Origin: a virus
Reading direction: 5' to 3' (one strand)
Virus record (IMG/VR): IMGVR_UViG_3300025162_000024
Coordinates: 32,001 to 96,000 of that record
DNA length: 64,000 bases
Position numbers and translations under genes: made by a program. The notes beneath the pieces are model-generated. The model was not told the origin of the DNA. It searched no databases and saw nothing but the letters and a program-made list of their open reading frames with translations. Below are positions 28,550-38,008 of the stretch, piece after piece (the stretch's first letter is position 1; the number at the start of each line of letters is the position of its first letter).

Positions 28550-29563
28550 TTAAGAAGGGTACGCATTGGACCGGCCCCTCTTGTACTCGGAGAGCATTGA
28601 CAATATGCAATCGGGATCGTGCAGTACCCCTGACTCAACATCTGCCCGTTCCGCACAATCACTACACCAGTATGCGCCAGACACAACGTCAAACTCGACA
28701 ATATTCTCACACAGTGTCTCTTCCAGCTGATCGATCAGGGCATCAGCCTCCTTCAGCCTGTACTCAGCCGTCTTACCAGCCTTGGCCATACGGAAGATGC
28801 CGCGAAGATCATCGCAGTTCTTGGCCTTGGAGAGCCTCCGGCACTCGTCACTCCCGCACTTTCCGGCTACGCACCCCGTACACACCCAATACTCGTCGGT
28901 CTCCGGGACCAGCTCGTAGGAGACCCCGTCGATCACCCCGGACCAGAGAACCTTTGGCTCGACCTTCTTCGCCCATTCGGCCAGCGACTTCTTAGCCTGC
29001 TCATCCGGTATCCGCTTCAAAGAGCTCGAATCCTCTGTGCGTGTGGCAGGCTCTGACTTCCCGTCATCCCGGTGGAAGACACCGGCGGGGAACTCGTAGA
29101 TCCCGTGACGACCCTCTCCGATATCGTAATACCGAGGCTTCTTCTCCCTCTCAGCCGCCCACCGGGCCATGATCCCCCTGGCCAACCTGAGCGAGATCGG
29201 GCGGATGCAACTGTTATCCTCTTCGGACAGGGCCGAGGCGATCCCCTCTTTCTGGTGGACGAGGCGGGCCGGGAACTCCCAGATCGCCCTGATCTCTTCG
29301 TCTGTGGTCGATGTAGACGCGTAGAACCGGACGGACTCTGCAGGCTTCCACGGGAATTCGGAGAGGAACGGGGCTCGAAGCACGTAGCTATCCCCGTACG
29401 CCCCCTTCAACAGGCACTGGCCGTCGTAAACCGCCAGGTCCTCGTAGGTGCACGGTCCGACGGCCAGCACCGGCAGCAGCCGGTCAATCCATACGATCTT
29501 GTCTCCAACACGGATCGGCTGACCCTGTTTGGGGTCGCCATTTGCATATGTAGGGGTCATCAT
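28550..29563 (-). CDS. RWY-repeat family protein (2 units + IDGV-Cys module)
   Basis: RFY..IWEFPA and RYY..IYEFPA units; WSGVIDGVSYE...CTGC; C-terminal CSDC..H..C. Confidence 0.75.
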   Translation of the reverse strand: MMTPTYANGDPKQGQPIRVGDKIVWIDRLLPVLAVGPCTYEDLAVYDGQCLLKGAYGDSYVLRAPFLSEFPWKPAESVRFYASTSTTDEEIRAIWEFPARLVHQKEGIASALSEEDNSCIRPISLRLARGIMARWAAEREKKPRYYDIGEGRHGIYEFPAGVFHRDDGKSEPATRTEDSSSLKRIPDEQAKKSLAEWAKKVEPKVLWSGVIDGVSYELVPETDEYWVCTGCVAGKCGSDECRRLSKAKNCDDLRGIFRMAKAGKTAEYRLKEADALIDQLEETLCENIVEFDVVSGAYWCSDCAERADVESGVLHDPDCILSMLSEYKRGRSNAYPS

Positions 29564-29574
29564 TTCTCCTTATC

Positions 29575-29667
29575 TCACGGCAGAATCCACCGCAACAAGT
29601 AAAGTACAAGTCCGGCCACCCCGGCCAGACTAACCAAGATCACGACTGCCTTCTCCACTCTGCTCAC
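29575..29667 (-). CDS. Single-TM micropeptide (30 aa)
   Basis: Hand translation from GTG: MSRVEKAVVILVSLAGVAGLVLYLLRWILP. Confidence 0.5.
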   Translation of the reverse strand: MSRVEKAVVILVSLAGVAGLVLYLLRWILP

Positions 29668-30089
29668 TTGGCCCTCGCCTTCTTCCACCGGGCTATCTGG
29701 GCCAAAGCCACCTTCTGAGAGATACGCTTGTCCTTAAACTCCTGGCACATCTCCTCAGGGCAAGTTGGCCATGATTCGCCGCGTGGGAAGTACACTTTTC
29801 GATCCGGGTAACTCCGAATAATGTCCCTACACCGATACCAGCGAAGAGCCGGCTTTGTAGTCTTCTTCCATGTCCGCAGGGCTCTCCCGATCTGGATAGC
29901 CAGATCCTTGGCCGCCGTAAGATCGAGGTTTAGGAGATTACCGTTGAATCCATGGGAGATAGCCAACCTATCGTCTGCAGTGAACTGTAGGCTTCCACAG
30001 AGACCAGTGCCTTTCAATGGGAAGCCCCATGTGACATTCCCCGCCCTCAAATATTCTCTCGTATACCGCTTAGAACTGCGTTTGGTCAT
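29664..30089 (-). CDS. RWY-repeat family protein (1 unit)
   Basis: LRWYRCRDIIRSYPD...ISQKVALAQIARW. Confidence 0.7.
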   Translation of the reverse strand: MTKRSSKRYTREYLRAGNVTWGFPLKGTGLCGSLQFTADDRLAISHGFNGNLLNLDLTAAKDLAIQIGRALRTWKKTTKPALRWYRCRDIIRSYPDRKVYFPRGESWPTCPEEMCQEFKDKRISQKVALAQIARWKKARAK

Positions 30090-30309
30090 TTTCGGCCTCC
30101 TCAGCCATCTGTTCTGCTATCCGCCAATCACGAGCCCTACGAGCTTCCCGGGCACGGTCATCCGCAGCCTGAATCTCCCTGCGGGCCTCCGCCGCCCGCC
30201 ACCCATCCTGGTAGTCGCGGGCATCCCTTTCCCATCCATAGTAAAGACGGCTGCCTGTACGGCCCAGCCCGTAATCATCAAAGCCCTGATCGTACGTCTT
30301 TCGGCTCAC
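30070..30309 (-). CDS. Hypothetical protein
   Basis: GTG start after AAGGAG; YDQGFDD...YQDGW. Confidence 0.55.
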   Translation of the reverse strand: MSRKTYDQGFDDYGLGRTGSRLYYGWERDARDYQDGWRAAEARREIQAADDRAREARRARDWRIAEQMAEEAENDQTQF

Positions 30310-30473
30310 TTTGCTCCTTTCTTGGCCACATGCGGATCCAACCGCTTCAGGTACTTGCATATGCATCGGCCGTAGTGCCGCTGCTTACGCCCGTCCATAC
30401 ACCCGTGCTGCTTTATTTGCCGCGGGGTCATTGCCCGTCTGTGCTTGCTGCAATAGGCTGCACGTAGTTTCAT
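30306..30473 (-). CDS. Small basic Cys/His protein
   Basis: Hand translation MKLRAAYCSKHRRAMTPRQIKQHGC...; AGGAG SD. Confidence 0.55.
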   Translation of the reverse strand: MKLRAAYCSKHRRAMTPRQIKQHGCMDGRKQRHYGRCICKYLKRLDPHVAKKGAK

Positions 30474-30713
30474 TCAGCTCCTGAGCTTGACGGAGGTCTC
30501 CGCACTCTTCAGCAGGGTCTGCCCGGCCACGGTCAGCATGGTAACCCTCTGTGTGGACCCAGTACGTTCCAGTACAGTGTTGAGCAGGGCCGCCTGCTGG
30601 ACGACCGCCGAGTATACAGCATCCTCGCCCGCCGCATCATGGACGTTGCACGTGGTATGGAGCTCGTCACCCTCGGCCATCGTCCGGAGCTTCAGGATCT
30701 CTCTGTTCTTCAC
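30474..30713 (-). CDS. Hypothetical protein
   Basis: 79 aa; translationally coupled. Confidence 0.55.
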   Translation of the reverse strand: MKNREILKLRTMAEGDELHTTCNVHDAAGEDAVYSAVVQQAALLNTVLERTGSTQRVTMLTVAGQTLLKSAETSVKLRS

Positions 30714-31189
30714 TCTGACTCCGGGTAGCCCCTACGATACTTGGCGATCGCCTCACAGGTGCCCCGGTAAGACCCAGGGTAGGGACTAAAGCGATCCTCG
30801 ATCTCCCCGATCAGCTTATTGGCATCCGCCAGCTGCCGGTTGAGCCTGTCGTTGATACGACTCATAATCCATAGCCTACCCTCAGCCTGCGACATGCTCA
30901 CAAGCTCGTCGCTAGTCTCCGGAAATATACTAGGAGTGGTCCTACCGTCATAGTGGCAGACGCTGGCCGGGAACTCCCAAATCACCCAGGGAGGGTTACA
31001 ACCCAACTTCGATCGGTAGTAGCGTGGACCTTCCTCTTCCGCGGCCTTCCCGGCCAGCTCCTCCTTGATCTCCTTCTTCAACTCCTGGCCGTATGCGGTG
31101 ATCGCCTCGGCCAATCCATGGGCCTCCGGGACGAGCATACTGGTCTTGGTATAGATATCGTCGTACAACTTCTCGGTCTTCGTGTCCAT
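30710..31189 (-). CDS. RWY-repeat family protein (1 unit)
   Basis: PRYYRS..VIWEFPA...MSQAEG; AAGGAG SD before MDTK. Confidence 0.7.
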   Translation of the reverse strand: MDTKTEKLYDDIYTKTSMLVPEAHGLAEAITAYGQELKKEIKEELAGKAAEEEGPRYYRSKLGCNPPWVIWEFPASVCHYDGRTTPSIFPETSDELVSMSQAEGRLWIMSRINDRLNRQLADANKLIGEIEDRFSPYPGSYRGTCEAIAKYRRGYPESE

Positions 31190-31199
31190 CCCAGTCTCC

Positions 31200-31508
31200 T
31201 TATCTGGGCAGGGCCAGGGCCGCTGCCAGTTTGCATCCTTGGTCGTGGCCCTCCTCCATGGGAAAGCCACACTCGGGGCAGAACGAACTTCCGTACTCGC
31301 CACACGCATCAAGCCCAGGCTGCCACTCCACTGCTTTCAAGGCCTTTTCCATCGCCCTGATCTTCTTGTCGGCCGTGTCCAGCATCCTCCTCAGGTCCGC
31401 AATCCTCTTCTGCTGGCCGACATCAGCCTCCTCCAGCAGCTGGAGCCTGGACCGGGCACAGCCACTGAAATGAAGGTCTCCACGGCATTTCATGTCACTC
31501 ATCTTCAA
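31200..31508 (-). CDS. Coiled-coil + CxxC..H..C protein
   Basis: FCPECG..EEGHDQGCKL. Confidence 0.6.
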   Translation of the reverse strand: MKMSDMKCRGDLHFSGCARSRLQLLEEADVGQQKRIADLRRMLDTADKKIRAMEKALKAVEWQPGLDACGEYGSSFCPECGFPMEEGHDQGCKLAAALALPR

Positions 31509-31991
31509 ACTCCAGGCTAGTCATGTCATGATCGCAGGTAACCGAGGGGCTGGTCAGTGATTCTCCGGCCAAGGCTGCGTGGTACACCGCTCGCAGGTCC
31601 CTCTTCAGGTCTTTCATCTCTGTAGCAGACATCCCACTCTGGCCCTCAGCGTTCGCCACGGTACACGCCTTGATCAGCCCTTCCAGGACATCGAGCACCC
31701 CATAGGCCTTTACAGCCTCGTCAATGGCCACCCTAAGAAATGGACTTATCATGCTTCTTTCCTCTCCGGGCTTCCCGCTTCTCAGCGGCACTAAAGCTCA
31801 ACCATCGCTCTACCGCCTCTTTGAGACAGGCAGGGCACATCTTACGGGTCAGGTTGGGGTCTCCACCGGTTACTCGGACCACGGTAAAGCAGTGATTCTT
31901 GCACTTACAACAGATATGTCTCTGTCCGCGGCCCCTGGTTGGGTATGCCATGCTCGCCCACGGGGCTCTCTGTTCTTTGGCCATGAGTCTC

Positions 31992-32237
31992 CTACCGGTT
32001 GAACCAGACAACGTGCGTTGCGTCGGACGGGATATCCTCGGCGGCCGTAGACGGGCAGATGACTATGGACGTATCCGACATCCCGTCTCGAACAGGATGG
32101 CCGTATCCATCGTAGTCTATGAACGCACCGCTCTCAACGGCCTGTATGAACTCTGCAACGGTATAAACGTCGTCCTCGTGCCCACACCCATAACAGTTGG
32201 TTTTGCTGAACTTAACTGGCTCGGTGTACGCCATCAC
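31992..32237 (-). CDS. Hypothetical protein
   Basis: FIDYDGYG...THVVWFNR. Confidence 0.7.
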   Translation of the reverse strand: MMAYTEPVKFSKTNCYGCGHEDDVYTVAEFIQAVESGAFIDYDGYGHPVRDGMSDTSIVICPSTAAEDIPSDATHVVWFNR

Positions 32238-32884
32238 TTCTCCTTATTCTCTTCCACCCATTTACGCAGGTATGTCTTAACATTCCGATGCCATTCACGG
32301 GGATCATCGCTCGGCAGGTTCATTGCCGCATACCTGGTCGTAGTCAGACCCATGGCCTCTTGCAGCTCCCCTGATGCTCTAGCCAGTGGCAAATATAGCC
32401 ATGACGGGGTCAGCACAATAGCCAGCTTGTCCGCTACGCACAGACGAGAGAACAGCTTCCCATCCCGCTTAGCGTAGAACCGGGAGTGATAGAGGCAGAA
32501 GTCTTGCCAGTAAAATCGCAGCTGACAGCTGCAATACGGGGCCTCGACAGACACCCATTTAGTCCTACAATGGGGGCACTTCCACTCTGAGCAGTTGATT
32601 CCCGGATAAGTGTCATACCATTCGCACTTCTCGGCCCCCTTCTTAATGAAAGGCCGATCGAACAGCCAGTGCATCAGGCGGGCACCAAACTCAACGTGCT
32701 TCTCGCCCTCGGCATCATCCATTTTCCGACAGCCTACGTACCCCAAATCATGTGTGAAGAACGCCACCCAGAGCCTGGGATCCCAGGGGAAACCATAAAG
32801 AGACCACCATGCCCACATAACGAACCAGCCATGGAGAAGAAAGCAGTGGGCTCCGAATAGAACTGACTTAGTCCCTCGCGTCAA
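32234..32884 (-). CDS. HD-like hypothetical protein with Cys-rich insert
   Basis: GTKSVLFGAH...HDLGY...H...HSRF...ADK; CPHC/CSC insert. Confidence 0.65.
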   Translation of the reverse strand: MTRGTKSVLFGAHCFLLHGWFVMWAWWSLYGFPWDPRLWVAFFTHDLGYVGCRKMDDAEGEKHVEFGARLMHWLFDRPFIKKGAEKCEWYDTYPGINCSEWKCPHCRTKWVSVEAPYCSCQLRFYWQDFCLYHSRFYAKRDGKLFSRLCVADKLAIVLTPSWLYLPLARASGELQEAMGLTTTRYAAMNLPSDDPREWHRNVKTYLRKWVEENKEK

Positions 32885-33101
32885 CTGAACCCACCTTCCC
32901 CCATCTCCTAATGGCCTTCTTCATATCCTTCATGAGCACAGGGACATCCACGGTCTTCCTGACGATCTCATTGCCGCCAGTCCCATCCCTGCGTATAACG
33001 TCCACTACGAGCAACCCGGTTGTCTCGTTGAAGAAGAACGACAGGCTATGGCCGTTGGCCAGCTCTACGTAATGATTGTGTATGATGTTTTCTTCATCCA
33101 T
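32868..33101 (-). CDS. Hypothetical protein
   Basis: 77 aa; coupled to neighbours. Confidence 0.6.
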   Translation of the reverse strand: MDEENIIHNHYVELANGHSLSFFFNETTGLLVVDVIRRDGTGGNEIVRKTVDVPVLMKDMKKAIRRWGKVGSVDARD

Positions 33102-33309
33102 TGGCCTGCTTCTCCGTAAACGCTGTCAAGGTCTCCCTGAACGCCAGATTCTCTTCGCAGATCTCGGCCAACTCCGTGGCCTGCTGGATCTGCTTGAGCC
33201 ACCCGGGGGCCGCCGGGCAATCTGGCCAATTCGTATACTTCCGCTGGAACTCCGCAGCCTGCTGTCGGTAGTTAGCTGCCCGCTCCGCTATCCGCTTTGA
33301 ACTAGGCAT
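33094..33309 (-). CDS. Hypothetical protein
   Basis: 71 aa; GGAGG SD. Confidence 0.65.
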   Translation of the reverse strand: MPSSKRIAERAANYRQQAAEFQRKYTNWPDCPAAPGWLKQIQQATELAEICEENLAFRETLTAFTEKQANG

Positions 33310-33321
33310 TATCCTCCCATC

Positions 33322-33357
33322 AAAAGAGCCAGGCCCCAGACTGGCCGGGGCCTGGCT
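33322..33357 (-). terminator. Rho-independent terminator
   Basis: 11-bp stem agccaggcccc/ggggcctggct followed by cTTTT on the minus strand. Confidence 0.75.
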
Positions 33358-33450
33358 GACCTGTCTTCATCCCTACCGGCTGACGAGCTCGGCTACCCGC
33401 TTCTCCAGCCTGGAGATCGTCTCACGCTGATCATAGTTCAGCTGCCGCTG

Positions 33451-34713
33451 TTAGGCAGCCCAGTCCTCGAGCTGCTTGATCTTCTCATTTCGCTTGACGA
33501 GCTCAGCACTCTCCTCCTCGTTCAACTCTTTGAACTGAACCAGGCGAGTCTCGAGATCCTTGATCAACGTATCCCGCTCCTTGAGCAGCTGATCGTGGAG
33601 CTTGACGGTGACAAACTCTACATCACCCTGCACCGTACTGTAGGGATTCCTGATTCCGGCACGAATCACATGCATACCCTCTGAATCCTGGCGAACAGTT
33701 ATGCACGGGCTCTGCTCCGGATTCCAGACATTAGCCGGCTTCTTCGCCTTCTTCCACCCCGCGATCAGCTCTTCGGCCTTCTCGGCAGTGACCAGCTTGG
33801 CACCCCAGCCAATCGCTTCTTGCTCCGAGCACTCGCACGCTTCGCCCTCTGGAATACTGCAGCTGTAGAATCTGCCTTCGGGGAACGCACGTAGAGTGTT
33901 GTTATGCCTGAGCAGATACCAGCGGGTTGCCGGCTTCGGCTTCCACCCTGAGATGACTCTCTGGGCTTCCTCGGGTGTCACCTTCTCTGTCTTGTCCCGT
34001 ATAAGCCACCACTCACGGCCAACATGGGAGATCGCGGATCCATCTGGCTGGGAACAAATATAAAACATACGCCCCGGGTAGGTCCAGAGAACAGTCTTGT
34101 CAGAGCTCCGGTACCAGCGCTCGCCCGGCATCTGCTGAACACGCCAGGCGGCGATCATAGCCTTGGCATCTTCCTCCGGGATCAGCTCGCTCCCGTTGGT
34201 CTTGACCTCAGACTCAACGATAGCCACGCGGCCTTGCGGATAGTTCGACGTATAGAACTTACCGGCCGGGTACTCCCAGAGCAGATTCTCATCCTTCAGA
34301 TACCAGCGGATGGCCTCTACAGGCTTCGGAGTCCACTGAGCAATGAGCTCCTTGGCCCGCTCCTGGGTGACCTGAGGATGCCCGTCTCGGATCACTTCCC
34401 ACTCGGATACATAGCACTGGAAGCCGTCTGAACGCCCTGAACCATACGCCAGGCCGGCCGGGAACTCCCAGAGATACATCGAACTCGCGTACCAGCGGAC
34501 CAGGCTCCGACTTTCCCGTTTCCACACCTCGATCCTGGCCCTAGCCTCTTCAGCCGAGATCAGCTTATGCTTTCCCTTGTGGAAATCCTCAGTGTCCATG
34601 GCCAGCCCGCCCCCCGTGTTCCCCTTGTAGTAGAATCTCCGGGCAGGATATTCCCAGATCCCGTCATTGTCCCTCAGATACCAGCGGGTCTCTTCTGTTG
34701 TCTTGGTGTTCAT
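33451..34713 (-). CDS. RWY-repeat family protein (5 units + coiled coil)
   Basis: Five RWY..W.(Y/F)P..(I/V)(S/T).E.A...W units; reading frame continues past the TAA to 33373. Confidence 0.85.
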   Translation of the reverse strand: MNTKTTEETRWYLRDNDGIWEYPARRFYYKGNTGGGLAMDTEDFHKGKHKLISAEEARARIEVWKRESRSLVRWYASSMYLWEFPAGLAYGSGRSDGFQCYVSEWEVIRDGHPQVTQERAKELIAQWTPKPVEAIRWYLKDENLLWEYPAGKFYTSNYPQGRVAIVESEVKTNGSELIPEEDAKAMIAAWRVQQMPGERWYRSSDKTVLWTYPGRMFYICSQPDGSAISHVGREWWLIRDKTEKVTPEEAQRVISGWKPKPATRWYLLRHNNTLRAFPEGRFYSCSIPEGEACECSEQEAIGWGAKLVTAEKAEELIAGWKKAKKPANVWNPEQSPCITVRQDSEGMHVIRAGIRNPYSTVQGDVEFVTVKLHDQLLKERDTLIKDLETRLVQFKELNEEESAELVKRNEKIKQLEDWAA

Positions 34714-34736
34714 AGCAATCTCCTTTGTTTGGCATG

Positions 34737-34761
34737 GGGGCCCTCCACGGTGGAGGGCCCC
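34737..34761. other. Intergenic GC-rich hairpin
   Basis: ggggccctccac-g-gtggagggcccc between two RWY genes; no T-tract. Confidence 0.6.
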
Positions 34762-34777
34762 TAGGACCTAGACGTGG

Positions 34778-36046
34778 CTAGGCCGACTTCTCGTTGATCT
34801 CTTTGAGCGTACCTTGCAGCTCGCGGATATGTCTGGCCTGGGCCAGTCCCCGATCAGTCAGATCCGAGATCTTCCTGCGAAGCTCTGTGTCCTGCTCTTT
34901 CTGAGCCTCCCAGCCGGCGAATACAGCTTTCGCCACATCCATCGAGATCTTCACATACTCGCGATCAGGGCCTGAGTAGACCGATTCGTGCTCATACCCA
35001 TAGAGCTTACCTCCCTTGGGCTCGTGCGGGCTGTAATAGGTGTGATCAGGGTAGGTCACGATATGCTGCCCGCCCGTCGCCAGATATGCCCGCTTCTCCT
35101 CGACCTTCGGAGCTCGCCACTCAGCGAGGAGCGCCTGAGCCTGCTCAGGAGTGATACTGAGGTACTGCGAACCCATATCTTTCTCTCCCCATTGGAGGGT
35201 ACGGCCATCGGCAGAGTATTCGGAGTACCCTTTACCGGCCGGGAACTCAACCAGAAACTTGTGGTCGGAGGTGATGAACCACCGGACCTTAGGGGCCTTC
35301 CACTCAGCGATCTGCTTCTCGAACTGCTCCCGACTGATCTGGGTGAAATCTTTGTTCTTAGAATAAACGGTCTCCGCCTCTTCCCCCGACAGTTTCACGC
35401 CATTCAGATTGTTCTGGCGGTAACAGATGCAGTCCGGGTACTCCACGATATTCCCAGTCACCTTCGACTGGTGATACCGCTTCGGAGCCCAGTCCGCCAG
35501 CTGCTTCTTGGCCTCCTCCGTAGAGATCCGGGCGTATCCACGCCATTTGCCGGAGATGACGTCGGACTCGGCCATGCACGTTGAATCCCCTGCCCTGGTC
35601 TCAGAGTTGTAGTACATGTTCGCCGGGTACATCACCAGGTGCAGCCCGTCATGAAACCTGTACCACCGTTCCTCCACTAGCTGGGTCGGAGACAGACGAT
35701 CGTCAATCGCCTGGTTGATCGCCTTGGTCAGCCGGGTGGCGGCCGATCCGTTGTAGCCATCCTGGGCCTCTGCCAACGCCATTTCAACCTGGTCTTTTAC
35801 CTTGTTCATGGACCTCTCCTTTATCCTTTGAAGTTTCTCGTATATCTGGGCCAGACGGTTGTCCTGCTTCCAAGACAACCGGCGTGACCGCCATGACCCG
35901 CTCAGGCTGAGGACGAACCCGACTTCCCAGTAGGTAAGGTCACGGTCCGCCCCCAGCGCACAATCCAGCATCTCACACTGCTCTGCAGTCACCTGGTATA
36001 TCCTGCCGGACAATGTCCGGCCCTGGATAGGTGTGGCTATTGCCAC
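34778..36046 (-). CDS. RWY-repeat family protein (4 units); may include a separate upstream gene
   Basis: Four units; internal AAGGAG SD before MNKVK. Confidence 0.8.
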   Translation of the reverse strand: MAIATPIQGRTLSGRIYQVTAEQCEMLDCALGADRDLTYWEVGFVLSLSGSWRSRRLSWKQDNRLAQIYEKLQRIKERSMNKVKDQVEMALAEAQDGYNGSAATRLTKAINQAIDDRLSPTQLVEERWYRFHDGLHLVMYPANMYYNSETRAGDSTCMAESDVISGKWRGYARISTEEAKKQLADWAPKRYHQSKVTGNIVEYPDCICYRQNNLNGVKLSGEEAETVYSKNKDFTQISREQFEKQIAEWKAPKVRWFITSDHKFLVEFPAGKGYSEYSADGRTLQWGEKDMGSQYLSITPEQAQALLAEWRAPKVEEKRAYLATGGQHIVTYPDHTYYSPHEPKGGKLYGYEHESVYSGPDREYVKISMDVAKAVFAGWEAQKEQDTELRRKISDLTDRGLAQARHIRELQGTLKEINEKSA

Positions 36047-37389
36047 AAAACTCGGACCAGCTGCTTGGTCTGAGCCAGCTGAAGCTCCTCCCGGAGATCG
36101 GACAGCTCCTCTTTGAGCTCGGAGACCTGCGTAGTCAGCTCGTTGATCTCATCCTCGTCCTCGTCCGCGGCCGTCTCGAGCTCGTCGATCTCGTCCTGGA
36201 GCCCGTTGTTCTCCTTGTGGAGCAGTTCGATCTGCTCCCGGAGCCCGGTACGCTCTAATCCCATCTCAGACAGGCGACGATCACTGTCCTTCAGAGCCGA
36301 CCGCAGGTAGGCCACATCCCCCTGAAGCCCTTCGATCTTCTCCTCGACAGCCGGCTGCTTGGGAAAGGCCCTCTGCTGTTCCCAGGCCTGGATCTGGGCA
36401 GCGGCCTCCTCGGCAGAGATCGGCTGATGGTTGGCATCTCTCTCAAGATCTCCTGCACGAACCGGACCATCGTAGGCATCCCAGTAGACACCTGTGCCGT
36501 TCGCGTACTTCCAGATCACACGGATAGGTCCGCCCACGCTCCGATACCAGTGCTCTTCCCGGGCCTTACGGGCATCTTCCCAGGCCTTGACCTGGGCCAT
36601 GCCCTCTTCTGCCGAGATCCGAACATGATAAGTGTCAAGCTCGTGGTCCGGCGCTGGGAGTGGCCCACAGGCCTTATTCCAGAACTCACCTTTTCCGTTC
36701 TGGTACCGCCAGACAACCGTACGATCGCAATCGGTATACCATCGCACCTCAGCGATCTTCCGGGCCTCTTCCCAGGTCTTGATCAGCATCTGGGCGTCCG
36801 AGGCCGCGATCGGAACTGTCATCAGTGACTCGTAGCAGCTTGAAGGTCTCGGACCGCCCCCTTCATTCCAGAACTCGCCCTCGCCCGCTACAAACCGCCA
36901 GATACCAGAGCGGTAGGTATCCGTGTACCAATGCTCTTCCCGGGTCTTGCGAGCATCTTCCCACGCCTTGAGCTGAGCCTGCCCCTCTTCTGCAGAGATC
37001 GGCAGGTGCCACGAGGCGGTCTCGTCATCCGTAGCCGTGAACGCGATGCGGTTCTTGTTCCACCACTCACCCTTGTGATCGGTATACCGCCAGATGGTCA
37101 GGCCCGTGACGTACCCGGTGTCCTCGCTCTTATACCAGCGTTCTTCTACGGGCTGGGGTGTCTCTCGGGTCAGCGGGCCGTACTGAACGAACTCCAGGCC
37201 ATTCCCGGTCCGGGCCCAGACCACTCCGCCATCCGGGAGGCCGAGGCACACGCCCAGCTCCTGCGAGAAGCACTCCACTTCGCCCATCTGGCCGAGGCTG
37301 GTCCGCACCACATGCCCGACTTCAACCGGCTGTCCGTTACGGACGCCGCGAGTATAGTAAGGACGCTCTGTCATATTCTTCGATTCCAT
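36037..37389 (-). CDS. RWY-repeat family protein (4 variant units + acidic coiled coil)
   Basis: WY..W(R/K)Y..GE.WN...ISAEE..AQ.KAWEDARK units; 36/40-nt repeat at 36551-36590 vs 36932-36971. Confidence 0.85.
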   Translation of the reverse strand: MESKNMTERPYYTRGVRNGQPVEVGHVVRTSLGQMGEVECFSQELGVCLGLPDGGVVWARTGNGLEFVQYGPLTRETPQPVEERWYKSEDTGYVTGLTIWRYTDHKGEWWNKNRIAFTATDDETASWHLPISAEEGQAQLKAWEDARKTREEHWYTDTYRSGIWRFVAGEGEFWNEGGGPRPSSCYESLMTVPIAASDAQMLIKTWEEARKIAEVRWYTDCDRTVVWRYQNGKGEFWNKACGPLPAPDHELDTYHVRISAEEGMAQVKAWEDARKAREEHWYRSVGGPIRVIWKYANGTGVYWDAYDGPVRAGDLERDANHQPISAEEAAAQIQAWEQQRAFPKQPAVEEKIEGLQGDVAYLRSALKDSDRRLSEMGLERTGLREQIELLHKENNGLQDEIDELETAADEDEDEINELTTQVSELKEELSDLREELQLAQTKQLVRVLWQ

Positions 37390-38008
37390 CTTCAAACCCT
37401 TTCTCGGCCATCTACGTGGCCTTAAGTTCATTCCACTAGATCTGCACGATCCTCAAACGCCTGGACAAGGTTGTCCCACTCATTCCTGGAATACTTGACA
37501 CTCACGTTCAGCCTGTAGGTAACCGTCACCTGGTCATAAGCCACATACCGCATGGGGCTCCCACCGCCCAGGTCAGGCCAGACCTTGGCCGGTAGATCCC
37601 GACAATCAGAACAGCGGACTCCACCACTCCCACGCAGCCGGCACCCGCACTGGGCACAGACCCGGCCACGGACGCTGCACTCTGCCTCGTACCGGGCCTC
37701 GCACTCATTGGAGCAAAACGGGAAGCGGTGGGAAGGGATCTTCCCACCGCACATCGGACACAAGTTCCTGTCCAACCGACCTCCTTGGGTAATCCGAATC
37801 CTCTGCGGCCTTGAGCATAGCGGCGATCGTCGCCTTATCAACAGTCGCCTCCCCCTGCATCGACCTATGCCACTCAAAGCAATTCTCAGAGCAGCAGAGG
37901 AATACCCCGTATTGGTCTTTCAAGAGATCTCCACACACGGGGCAAGTCCGCAGCCTGCCCTTCTGAACCTTCGGCGTTAAACTGCTTCGCCCTCGCATAA
38001 ACACCTCC

